Below, in pieces: positions 41,319-49,411 of a stretch of 64,000 nucleotides of DNA; the stretch's first letter is position 1, and every line of letters starts with the position of its first letter. The DNA comes from a bacterium. Lineage in GTDB: Bacteria > Oederibacteriota > PGYV01. The stretch spans positions 1,693 to 65,692 of the forward strand of contig JAKQNO010000032.1 in the NCBI GenBank assembly GCA_029565735.1, read 5' to 3'. Position numbers and translations under genes: made by a program. Under the pieces are notes generated by a model, which saw only the letters and a list, made by a program, of their open reading frames with translations, was not told where the DNA came from and ran no database searches.

Positions 41319-42008
41319 ATGACAGACAAAGTAAACACGCAGATTAAGGAAACCGCAATTTACACGGCAGGAGGATGGGCGGTAATTATAATGCTGGCAT
41401 TAATGCCCGTGCAGGCCGTAATTTATATGATGTACCCGCCGCCGGCAACAGCATCGGGTTTTTTTGAACTTTTTGCCAAAAATACGCTTCTTGGGCTTAT
41501 AAGCACAGACCTTTTATACACCGTAACAAATATGCTTATGATCCTTATTTACGTGCCTTTATACCTGATTTTAAAAAAGACAAACGCTTCGCTTTCGCTG
41601 CTTGCGCTGATACTGTCTGTTACGGGAGTTGCCGCTTATTTTTCATCTGTGCCCGCCTTTGAAATGCTTACATTATCCGGCAGGTACGCGTCGGCAACAG
41701 AGCCCGCGAATCAGGCAATGTTTCTTGCGGCAGGGGAGACAATGCTGGCGCAGTACACAGGCACCGCGTATAACGCCTATTACGTATTAAACGCGGCTGC
41801 TCTGCTTATTTTCGCGTACCTTATGATTAAGGGCGGCGCGTTTGGAAAAACAGGGTCAATAGCCGCGCTTTTGGCGGGTTTTTTTATGATTATTCCGGCA
41901 TCAGCCGGAAAGCTTGGGCTTATTTTTTCTTTTCTATCGCTTATACCGTACGCTGTATGGCTTGTCATCGCGGCAAAGGTGTTTTTTAAACAATCCGCGG
42001 GGAAATAA
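41319..42008 (+). CDS. Polytopic membrane protein, function unknown
   Basis: About six predicted transmembrane helices. No recognisable catalytic motif. Confidence 0.5.
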   Translation: MTDKVNTQIKETAIYTAGGWAVIIMLALMPVQAVIYMMYPPPATASGFFELFAKNTLLGLISTDLLYTVTNMLMILIYVPLYLILKKTNASLSLLALILSVTGVAAYFSSVPAFEMLTLSGRYASATEPANQAMFLAAGETMLAQYTGTAYNAYYVLNAAALLIFAYLMIKGGAFGKTGSIAALLAGFFMIIPASAGKLGLIFSFLSLIPYAVWLVIAAKVFFKQSAGK

Positions 42009-42124
42009 GGGTTTTCGGACTATCTGATAGGTTGTGAAAACCATCTTGACAAGTATTATTTGCGTATTTTATTATTAAAAAATTTGATTTGGTTCTGGAA
42101 TTAACTAAACAGGGGGTATTAAAA

Positions 42125-43123
42125 ATGAGAAAGGTATTTTTATTATTATTTTTTTCAGTATTTTCATTAACTGTTTTATCATCCTGCGGCAAAGGCACTA
42201 CACCGGCTTCGCCGGGCGATAGCACCACGCAGACGCCTGTAACTACAGAGACTGTTACGGATTACCGGGCTATGGTATCGGTTCCGGCCGGAACATTCAC
42301 GCAGGCAGAAAGCGCAGGCGACAGTTTCAGCCACACTATATCAGCGTATTACATTGGCAAATATGAAGTCATCTATGATTTGTGGTATGAAGTCAGGCAG
42401 TGGGCGTTAAATAACGGGTATACTTTTGCCAATACGGGCAGGGAAGGTTCGGACGGAACCTTTGGCGCAGCGCCAACATTCGCAAAAACGGAGCCGGTAA
42501 CATACATTAATTGGCGTGACATGATTGTCTGGTGCAATGCTTACAGCCAGATGAAGGGTAAAACCCCGGTATATTGTTCGGACGCGGCATTTACAACCTG
42601 TATTAAGGATTCCACAGACGGCGACTACGGCAACAGCCGCAACGCAACAGCGGGCAGTTTTGACAATCCCTATGTAAACTGGAGCGCCAACGGTTACCGC
42701 CTGCCTACGGAAGGCGAATGGCAATACGCGGCAAGGTATAAAAACGGCACGGAATGGACATCTCCTGATTGTGCTTCGGGCGACTCCGCAAAGCATGATG
42801 TATCAACAACAATAGGCGATTATTGCTGGTATTCCGGAAATGCGCTGGCTGACACTCACTTTGTGGGGAAAAAACTTGATAATGATCTTGGAATCTATGA
42901 CATGTCGGGAAATGTGTATGAATGGGTATGGGACTGGAGTGCAAGTTACCCGTCAGGCCCCTCTTCTGATTACAGGGGCCCTTCTTTAGGCAATTACCGC
43001 GTGTTCATAGGTGGCGCATACAATTATCCTACTTATTACCAACAGACCGGCGACAGAACCGGCAAGTTTCCGCACATAGAAGATTCATTTACGGGCTTCC
43101 GTCTTGCCTGCTCCGGGTTATAA
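42125..43123 (+). CDS. Lipoprotein with an FGE-sulfatase (SUMF1/DUF323) domain
   Basis: Lipobox LSSCGK. GYRLPTEGEWQYAAR and GNVYEWVWDW motifs. The ORF-track start at 42089 precedes the RBS, so the ATG at 42125 is preferred. Confidence 0.7.
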   Translation: MRKVFLLLFFSVFSLTVLSSCGKGTTPASPGDSTTQTPVTTETVTDYRAMVSVPAGTFTQAESAGDSFSHTISAYYIGKYEVIYDLWYEVRQWALNNGYTFANTGREGSDGTFGAAPTFAKTEPVTYINWRDMIVWCNAYSQMKGKTPVYCSDAAFTTCIKDSTDGDYGNSRNATAGSFDNPYVNWSANGYRLPTEGEWQYAARYKNGTEWTSPDCASGDSAKHDVSTTIGDYCWYSGNALADTHFVGKKLDNDLGIYDMSGNVYEWVWDWSASYPSGPSSDYRGPSLGNYRVFIGGAYNYPTYYQQTGDRTGKFPHIEDSFTGFRLACSGL

Positions 43124-43188
43124 GGGAATGCAGTATTGTTGTTTATTAATTTTCAAAAATAGATTTCATTACAAGGAGATATAATTAA

Positions 43189-43935
43189 GTGGATATTCCA
43201 AGAATTTTTAACATAAGCGAAAGCGCTCACAGGATTCATAATCCCTTCACACCGGAAAAACTTGCAGCGCTTGGCGCCGCGCTGCGCCTTGAACCGGGCA
43301 CACGCGTCCTTGATCTTGGCAGCGGTTCGGGCGAAATGCTGTGCACATGGGCGCGCGATTACAGGATAACAGGCACAGGCGTTGATATGAGCGGTTTATT
43401 TACACAGCAGGCAAAACTGCGCGCTGAAGAACTTGGCGTCAGCGATAAGGTTAATTTTATCCACGGCGATGCCGCGGGTTATGTGTCAGAAGAAAAAGCC
43501 GGCGTGGCCGCCTGTGTGGGCGCTACATGGATAGGCGGCGGAGTCGCCGGAACCATCAGCCTTTTAAAACAAAGCCTTGCTCCGGGCGGAATTATTCTGA
43601 TAGGCGAGCCATACTGGCGTCAGTTGCCGGCGACAGAAGAAATTGCAAAGGGATGCCTTGCACATTCAATTTCAGATTTTATGGCCCTTCCGGAACTTCT
43701 TGCGTCGTTTGGCCGCCTTGGCTGCGGCGTTGTGGAAATGGTTCTGGCAGATCAGGATGGCTGGGACAGGTACGAAGCGGCAAAATGGCTTACAATGAGA
43801 AAATGGCTTGAAGCCAATCCAAAGGACGAAATGGCAAAAGAAGTCCGCGCCTTACTGGACACAGAACCTGTCCGCTTTGCGTCTTACACGCGTGAATACC
43901 TTGGCTGGGGCGTATTTGCCCTTATGCCGCGGTAA
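43189..43935 (+). CDS. Class I SAM-dependent methyltransferase
   Basis: Motif I VLDLGSGSGE. An acidic residue follows in the DM motif. Confidence 0.7.
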   Translation: MDIPRIFNISESAHRIHNPFTPEKLAALGAALRLEPGTRVLDLGSGSGEMLCTWARDYRITGTGVDMSGLFTQQAKLRAEELGVSDKVNFIHGDAAGYVSEEKAGVAACVGATWIGGGVAGTISLLKQSLAPGGIILIGEPYWRQLPATEEIAKGCLAHSISDFMALPELLASFGRLGCGVVEMVLADQDGWDRYEAAKWLTMRKWLEANPKDEMAKEVRALLDTEPVRFASYTREYLGWGVFALMPR

Positions 43936-44076
43936 AACAGGCAAGGCGGCTGTTTTACATAATAATCATGCCGGACATTGGAAATAAAATACCTGATATA
44001 TTCATAAATTGCAGACCCGCTTTTTTTGTGGTAATGTAGAGCAAACGATTTACAAGACAAACAAAAAAGGGAAAAC

Positions 44077-45276
44077 ATGAAAACAAAATTCGCGTCACGA
44101 ATGAAATCCGTACCGCGCTCATTTATTCGTGAAATACTTAAGGTCACAACAGACCCTGAAATAATTTCCTTTGCGGGCGGGCTTCCAAACCTTCAGATGA
44201 TACCGGTCAGGGAACTTGAAGCCGCTGCTGATAAGGTTTTTGAAAGCGACGGCACAAGGGCGCTTCAGTACAGCACCACGGAAGGTTATTATCATCTGCG
44301 CGAATGGATATGCAAAAGGTATCTGGAAAAAAAGGGGATAAAAGCATCCCCTGATGACATACTTATCACGACAGGTTCCCAGCAGGCGCTTGACCTTCTT
44401 TCCAAAGTGCTTATTGATAAAGATGACAGGGTTGTAATTGAAAAACCGGGTTACCTTGGCGCCATCCAGGCCATGTCAGTGTTTCAGCCCAAATTCAATG
44501 CTGTTGAAGTTGATGAAACAGGTGTGGATACGGATAAACTTGAAAAGGTATTTAAGGCAAAAAAACCAAAGCTGTTTTATGCTGTTCCGAATTTTCAGAA
44601 TCCGTCAGGAATAACTTATTCTGACGCAGTCAGAAAAAAGACGGCAGTGCTCTGCAAAAAATACAGCGTTCTGTTTGTTGAAGATGACCCTTACGGCGAA
44701 CTGCGCTTTGAAGGTAATGACATGCCTGCCGTTAAGAATTACCTTGGAAAAGACGGGGTTATGTTTGGTTCGTTTTCAAAGATAGTGGCGCCCGGGCTTA
44801 GGCTTGGATGGGTATTTGCGCCCAAGGATATAATGGAAAGAATAGTCACGGTTAAACAGGCGGCTGACCTGCATACAAATTTTCTGGCTCAGCGCATAAC
44901 GTACCAGTATCTTCTGGATAATTCCATAGACGCTCATATTGAAAAATTAAGGAAAGTTTACGGGGTTCATGCAAAGGCAATGTTAAGCGCCATTGAAAAG
45001 TATTTCCCGCAGGAAGTGGCTTATACAAGGCCGCAGGGCGGCATGTTTATCTGGGCAAACCTTCCAAAGGGTTTAAGCGCGATGGATATGATAAAACCCG
45101 CGCTTAAAGACAAGGTTGCTTTTGTGCCCGGCGACCCTTTTTACACTGATGTAAAAGACGCCAATACCATGAGGTTAAATTACTCCAATGCCGCGCCTGA
45201 TGTGATAACAGAGGGGATAAAAAGGCTGGGTAATACCATTAAGAAGCTAATAGGGAAAGGCTGTGCGAAAAAATAA
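44077..45276 (+). CDS. PLP-dependent aminotransferase (class I/II, 2-aminoadipate/MocR-like catalytic domain, no HTH)
   Basis: SFSKIVAPGLRLGW contains the PLP-binding Lys. 399 aa. Confidence 0.8.
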   Translation: MKTKFASRMKSVPRSFIREILKVTTDPEIISFAGGLPNLQMIPVRELEAAADKVFESDGTRALQYSTTEGYYHLREWICKRYLEKKGIKASPDDILITTGSQQALDLLSKVLIDKDDRVVIEKPGYLGAIQAMSVFQPKFNAVEVDETGVDTDKLEKVFKAKKPKLFYAVPNFQNPSGITYSDAVRKKTAVLCKKYSVLFVEDDPYGELRFEGNDMPAVKNYLGKDGVMFGSFSKIVAPGLRLGWVFAPKDIMERIVTVKQAADLHTNFLAQRITYQYLLDNSIDAHIEKLRKVYGVHAKAMLSAIEKYFPQEVAYTRPQGGMFIWANLPKGLSAMDMIKPALKDKVAFVPGDPFYTDVKDANTMRLNYSNAAPDVITEGIKRLGNTIKKLIGKGCAKK

Positions 45277-45372
45277 CTCGGTGCCGGACATTGAAAGTAG
45301 AAAGTAAAATGCTTGTTTTATATACTCTCCCCAATTGCAATCCTGCCTTTTGTATGAATGGCGGGATTACGC
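45276..45372. repeat. Partial copy of the 173-bp inverted-repeat element (left arm only)
   Basis: aactcggtgccggacattgaaagtagaaagtaaaatg followed by ccaattgcaatcctgcc. These correspond to 47663-47735 in the full copy. Confidence 0.5.
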
Positions 45373-45545
45373 CGGGGAAAACATAGACAGCAGCAGGCTT
45401 TGATTTGACAAGAATCCGCATGCAAATGTAATATAGACGCAGTTAAATTTCATAAACTCATAGAGGGGTGTTATGATGACAGATTTAAATTCCGTATAAT
45501 TTCCTTGAATATCCGCCGTTTATTTTCATTAAAAAACAAAACTGT

Positions 45546-45574
45546 TTGACTATATACACATATTTGTGTATACT
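45546..45574 (+). promoter_or_regulatory. Promoter (ttgact - 17 nt - tatact) with an 18-bp palindrome atacacatatttgtgtat in the spacer
   Basis: Near-consensus hexamers. The palindromic operator is embedded in the spacer. RBS ggagggg and a TTG start follow. Confidence 0.55.
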
Positions 45575-45594
45575 GAATATATGGAGGGGTTAAA

Positions 45595-45933
45595 TTGGTC
45601 TCTGTAACTTATGATATGACAGAATCAGTAAAAGAAATAATAAAAAAGCTGCCGGATGGGCTTAAAAAGAAAATTGAAGCTTATATTGAAATACTTAAGA
45701 TTAAGGGGCATGAAATATCGCTCCCGTACGCGGATAAGATAGAAGGATATAAGAACATGCATGAATTAAGGCCGCATTTTCATAATATTGAATTCAGGCT
45801 TTTGTATTACTGGAACGGAAATCATGTACGGTTTGTTAACGCGTTTGAAGAAAGAGGGAAAAAGAAAGAAAACAGGCGGGAGTATGAAAAAGCCGACCAG
45901 ATACGAAATATTTTAACAGGAAAGGAGCATTGA
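45595..45933 (+). CDS. HigB-like / Gp49-like (RelE superfamily) toxin
   Basis: HELRPHFHNIEFRLLYYWNGNHVRFVNAFEERGKK. The toxin gene comes first, which is the HigBA-type order. Confidence 0.6.
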   Translation: MVSVTYDMTESVKEIIKKLPDGLKKKIEAYIEILKIKGHEISLPYADKIEGYKNMHELRPHFHNIEFRLLYYWNGNHVRFVNAFEERGKKKENRREYEKADQIRNILTGKEH

Positions 45934-46271
45934 AAATGAAAAAAATAAAGATTACTGAATCAGACCTGAAAATAGCATCTGCATCAGAGGTAAAAAAGAT
46001 TTTTGCTGAAGCGGGAAAAAGCAAAGAGGGTAAAAAGACGTATGCCGATGAGATGGAACTGTTTTATTTTATGGAAAAGATACAGCAGGAATTAAAACGA
46101 CGGCATATTAGCAGATATGCTTTTGCAAAGAATGCGGGTATGAATCCGTTTGTATTATCAAGGGCAATGACTAATATTGAGGACGCAAAGTACAAAACGC
46201 TTAAAAAAATGGCCAACGGCCTTGGAAAGGGATTAAGGCTGGAACTTTACGACCTGCCAAAACACACATAA
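45930..46271 (+). CDS. HTH (XRE-family) antitoxin, HigA-like
   Basis: LKKMANGLGKGLRLELYDL HTH motif. Four-nucleotide overlap with the toxin gene. Confidence 0.6.
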   Translation: MKMKKIKITESDLKIASASEVKKIFAEAGKSKEGKKTYADEMELFYFMEKIQQELKRRHISRYAFAKNAGMNPFVLSRAMTNIEDAKYKTLKKMANGLGKGLRLELYDLPKHT

Positions 46272-46321
46272 ATAGTAGTTTCCAGAGTAGTTGGTTTATA
46301 TTTAGTTTTGTTATTAGCCCT

Positions 46322-46348
46322 GGTAGACGCGGGTCTTCAGCCCGCGGC
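46322..46348. repeat. 26-bp hairpin repeat (tggtagacgcgggtcttcagcccgcg), + orientation
   Basis: Same family as the MITE terminal inverted repeats at 13853 and 14001. The upstream flank tggtttatattt(a)gttttg is also shared with the 13.8-kb locus. Confidence 0.6.
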
Positions 46349-46959
46349 AGTTGATTTGTATTTAATGTTTGTATTTGCTTTATGAATCATTTTGTACTTA
46401 TGAATTTGTAGGGACGGCGCTCCCGCGCTGTCCGCGTATTTGATTTGTCTTCATATCTTCCGTCCCTCCGTGCATCTGTCCCTTAGTCCCTCGGTTTTTC
46501 TGACCTTCCGACCCTCTGACCCTCCGACCTTCTGCTCTTTATTCCGTCTCTCTGGATTTATTTATGGGATATGGGATATGGGATAGAAGGTTATGGGATA
46601 AATTTTCTGTATTTCCTCAAAAACTCCTTGCCAAACCCCCAACACAGCCCTATAATACTAATTGTGGAAGGGGAAATTTACAAGGAAGCGGAGGGAACAG
46701 GGCATTGGGAGTAAGAATCAGTTCGTTTTTTCCTGTTATCAATAAAAATAATTATGTTAAATCTTGCCTGTTTGTCAAAAGCGTGGGTATGGATAATTGC
46801 TTGGTTATACTTCCTACTTTCATTTATCCGCTGGAGTGTAACGAAGACGGAAGGTCTGGCACGATTTTTTTTCCTAGGGTCTTATTTATGGGATAATTTA
46901 TATTTCAAACAGTTGACCGCTTTTGTTTTAAAGTGTAAAATTATTCCGGAGGTGAAAAA

Positions 46960-47274
46960 ATGGCTGTTAAAACAAAAGATGAAATCAAAACAATTACAGA
47001 ATATATAACCGGCAGGTTTAAACCTGTTAAAGTTATTTTATTTGGTTCTTATGCCTATGGCACACCCGGTGAAAACAGCGATGTTGATATACTTGTAATA
47101 GCAAAAGACGGCGAGGATATAGACGCAAAAGAAGTACGCGCCGCTGTCAGGGAAAAGTTTGGATATGCTGATTCTTTTGATATCATTGTAAGGACTGAAA
47201 GTTACCTGAATGAACGGGCAAAGGACGGGGATTTCTTTGTAAATGAAATGATTGATAAAGGAATGGAGCTTTGA
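46960..47274 (+). CDS. Minimal nucleotidyltransferase (MNT / MntA-like antitoxin)
   Basis: GS-x9-SDVD motif (GSYAYGTPGENSDVDILVI). Confidence 0.75.
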   Translation: MAVKTKDEIKTITEYITGRFKPVKVILFGSYAYGTPGENSDVDILVIAKDGEDIDAKEVRAAVREKFGYADSFDIIVRTESYLNERAKDGDFFVNEMIDKGMEL

Positions 47275-47645
47275 AACTTTCCGCCGGAGAATGGTTTAAT
47301 AAGGCCGATGAGGATTATACGGTGGCAGCAAGGGAGTCAAAGGCGAGTCCTGTCTTTCATAATATTGTATGCTATCATGCGCAGCAGGCAGCGGAGAAAA
47401 TGCTTAAGGCATACTTGCAGGAACTTGATATAAAATTCATGAAAACCCACAGCCTGCTTAAATTGCTTGAACTTTTAAAGACGGCGGATGTTTTTATGGT
47501 TTCTTTTCAGGATAGTTTTGCTTTTATAGATGACTTAACACCGGATATCAGGTATCCAGGACCCGGAGTAACAGAAGCGGATGCTAAAAGGGCTTTGGAA
47601 ATAACGGAAAAATTAAAAGCATATATTAAGGATAAAATGAAATAA
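47271..47645 (+). CDS. HEPN-domain protein (HepT-like toxin partner of MNT)
   Basis: Four-nucleotide overlap with the MNT gene. HEPN-like helices YHAQQAAEKMLKAYL and a C-terminal DIRYPGP motif. Confidence 0.7.
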   Translation: MKLSAGEWFNKADEDYTVAARESKASPVFHNIVCYHAQQAAEKMLKAYLQELDIKFMKTHSLLKLLELLKTADVFMVSFQDSFAFIDDLTPDIRYPGPGVTEADAKRALEITEKLKAYIKDKMK

Positions 47646-47662
47646 TACAAACAAAAAGGTAA

Positions 47663-47835
47663 AACTCGGTGCCGGACCTTGAAAGTAGAAAGTAAAATGT
47701 TTGTTTGATTTTTTCTCCCAAATTGCAATCCTGCTCTTTGTGTGGCAGGGCAAACAGATAATGGGAAAAGGGCATGAGCCTATCAGACGGGAATTATCTT
47801 CCGGGACTGTTTTGCTTTCTACTTTCAAGGTATGG
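47663..47835. repeat. 173-bp element with inverted ends (ccttgaaagtagaaag ... ctttctactttcaagg)
   Basis: Left arm aactcggtgccggaccttgaaagtagaaagtaaaatg. Right arm cttccgggactgttttgctttctactttcaagg. An internal ttgcaatcctgc stem is present. A partial copy lies at 45276. Confidence 0.55.
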
Positions 47836-47876
47836 TATTGATTTTGTAAGGTGTAGATTATAAAGTGAGGGTATAA

Positions 47877-48593
47877 TTGAAACTAATAACCTGGAACTGT
47901 AATATGGCTTTTAGGAAGAAAGCCAAACACATCTTTAAATACAACCCGGATATCCTTGTCCTGCAGGAATGCGAGCGTTCTTATAAAATACCATCTGAAC
48001 TATTCGGCAATAAACCAACAAGCCCGGCGATTTGGTATGGGGACAACAAGAATAAAGGAATAGGCATCTTTACTTTTAACGGATATAAAGCAAAAGTTAT
48101 AGAGCCGCCAAAGAAAAATGATAAATGGTTCATACCTATAAAGATAATCGGGCCTGAAAAGTTTAAACTTATAGCAGTATGGGCTATGAATTACAGAGCA
48201 AATGAAGTTGTTAAAGGTGTGCGTCCTGCATTTGCAAGTATTAAAGGGCTTCACAAGTATTTGGATTCAGGTGTTATCATGGCAGGTGATTTCAATGATA
48301 ATGTATGCTGGAATTATAAAAAGCGGGGAAAAGGAGATTTTACGGACAAACAGCTGTACCTTCAAAGCCTTGGCATCCAAAGCGCTTATCATATCCATAA
48401 TGCCAAACCCCACGGAAATGAACCTCATCCGACAATTGTGTGGATGAAAAACATGAAGACAACTTATCATATTGATTATGTGTTCTGCGGGGAAAAGTGG
48501 CAGGGCAGAATAAAGGCTGTATCTATAGAAAAGCCGGGTAAGTGGCTGAAATACAGTGACCATGTGCCGGTTATGGTGGAGTTTGGCGGTTAA
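47877..48593 (+). CDS. Endonuclease/exonuclease/phosphatase (EEP) family protein
   Basis: ITWNCN, VLQECE, GDFND, IDYVF and SDHVPV match the conserved EEP catalytic positions. Confidence 0.75.
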   Translation: MKLITWNCNMAFRKKAKHIFKYNPDILVLQECERSYKIPSELFGNKPTSPAIWYGDNKNKGIGIFTFNGYKAKVIEPPKKNDKWFIPIKIIGPEKFKLIAVWAMNYRANEVVKGVRPAFASIKGLHKYLDSGVIMAGDFNDNVCWNYKKRGKGDFTDKQLYLQSLGIQSAYHIHNAKPHGNEPHPTIVWMKNMKTTYHIDYVFCGEKWQGRIKAVSIEKPGKWLKYSDHVPVMVEFGG

Positions 48594-48613
48594 CTAAACT
48601 TAAAGGAGATTAT

Positions 48614-49087
48614 ATGGAGATAAGTAAAAGCAGCAGGCACTCGAAGATAACCGGAGATTTTGGCGAACATCTGGTTCTTTACTGGTTATCTAAACACGGT
48701 TTTGAATGTGCAAATGTAGATCATACGGGGATAGATATTATTGCGAAAAATCCCGTAACAAAAGAATTAATGGGGATATCTGTTAAGAGCAGAAGCCGAA
48801 ACAAAGGAACCGAGGACACCGGCGTCAATATACCCAGAGATAACATTGAAAAATCAAAGATTGCATGCGAAGCATTTGGATGTGTTCCGTATTTTGCCGT
48901 AGTGGTAGATGGTGCTTCAAAGATTATGGTTTTCATTCTATCACTAAAAGAGCTGCAAAAAATTCATCCGCCGGCAAAACGCATTTCGTCCTGGACAATG
49001 GGGAAGAAAAAGATTGATGAATACTATGCTAATCCCGATATAAAAATTTTTGAATTTGATTATAAGACTTCGAGATGGTGGGAGTAA
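48614..49087 (+). CDS. Small PD-(D/E)xK / YraN-like nuclease-fold protein (putative)
   Basis: GDFGEHLVLYWLSKHGFE ... VDHTGIDIIAK ... GISVKSR resembles the YraN/Hjc motif order. Ser occupies the usual Glu position in the (D/E)xK motif. Confidence 0.4.
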   Translation: MEISKSSRHSKITGDFGEHLVLYWLSKHGFECANVDHTGIDIIAKNPVTKELMGISVKSRSRNKGTEDTGVNIPRDNIEKSKIACEAFGCVPYFAVVVDGASKIMVFILSLKELQKIHPPAKRISSWTMGKKKIDEYYANPDIKIFEFDYKTSRWWE

Positions 49088-49176
49088 AAAAAACACCCGC
49101 TCCGGATGTTGGAAAAGTAAATATTCAATAACATAGCGGGCAGTTTGGGACGGTTGGCTTAACAATAACTCGTTTC

Positions 49177-49203
49177 CGCGGGCTGAAGACCCGCGTCTAC
49201 CAA
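49177..49203. repeat. 26-bp hairpin repeat, - orientation (reverse complement of 46322-46348)
   Basis: ccgcgggctgaagacccgcgtctacca. Together with 46322 it brackets a 2.9-kb segment. Confidence 0.6.
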
Positions 49204-49411
49204 ATCTAAACTAAGCTGCTGAACTGCCTGTCTTATTTATGGGATATGGGATAACAGGATATAGGATAAGGGTTGGGAATAAGGATTTACACAAGACCCT
49301 TTCCATAAAAACTCCTTTACAAATTCATTTTTTTCTGTAAAATAGTCCGAAAGTGTTTTTATCCGGTAAAACTGTGTTTTATAAACACTATACTTCATGA
49401 AGGAGGAACAG

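Noticed and set aside
46322-46348. 26-bp hairpin repeat considered as a tRNA fragment (TGGTAGA D-loop-like plus stem-loop)
   Set aside because: No acceptor stem or T-arm (GTTCGAATC-type) sequence is adjacent. The loop has C at the position where tRNAs carry U33. It is better explained as a structured repeat. No tRNA gene was found anywhere in the window.
46564-47008. ORFs 46564-46896 and 46754-47008 upstream of the MNT gene
   Set aside because: They begin inside the (TATGGGA)n microrepeat and overlap each other. They have no RBS and no recognisable domains. The region more plausibly holds the promoter of the MNT-HEPN operon.
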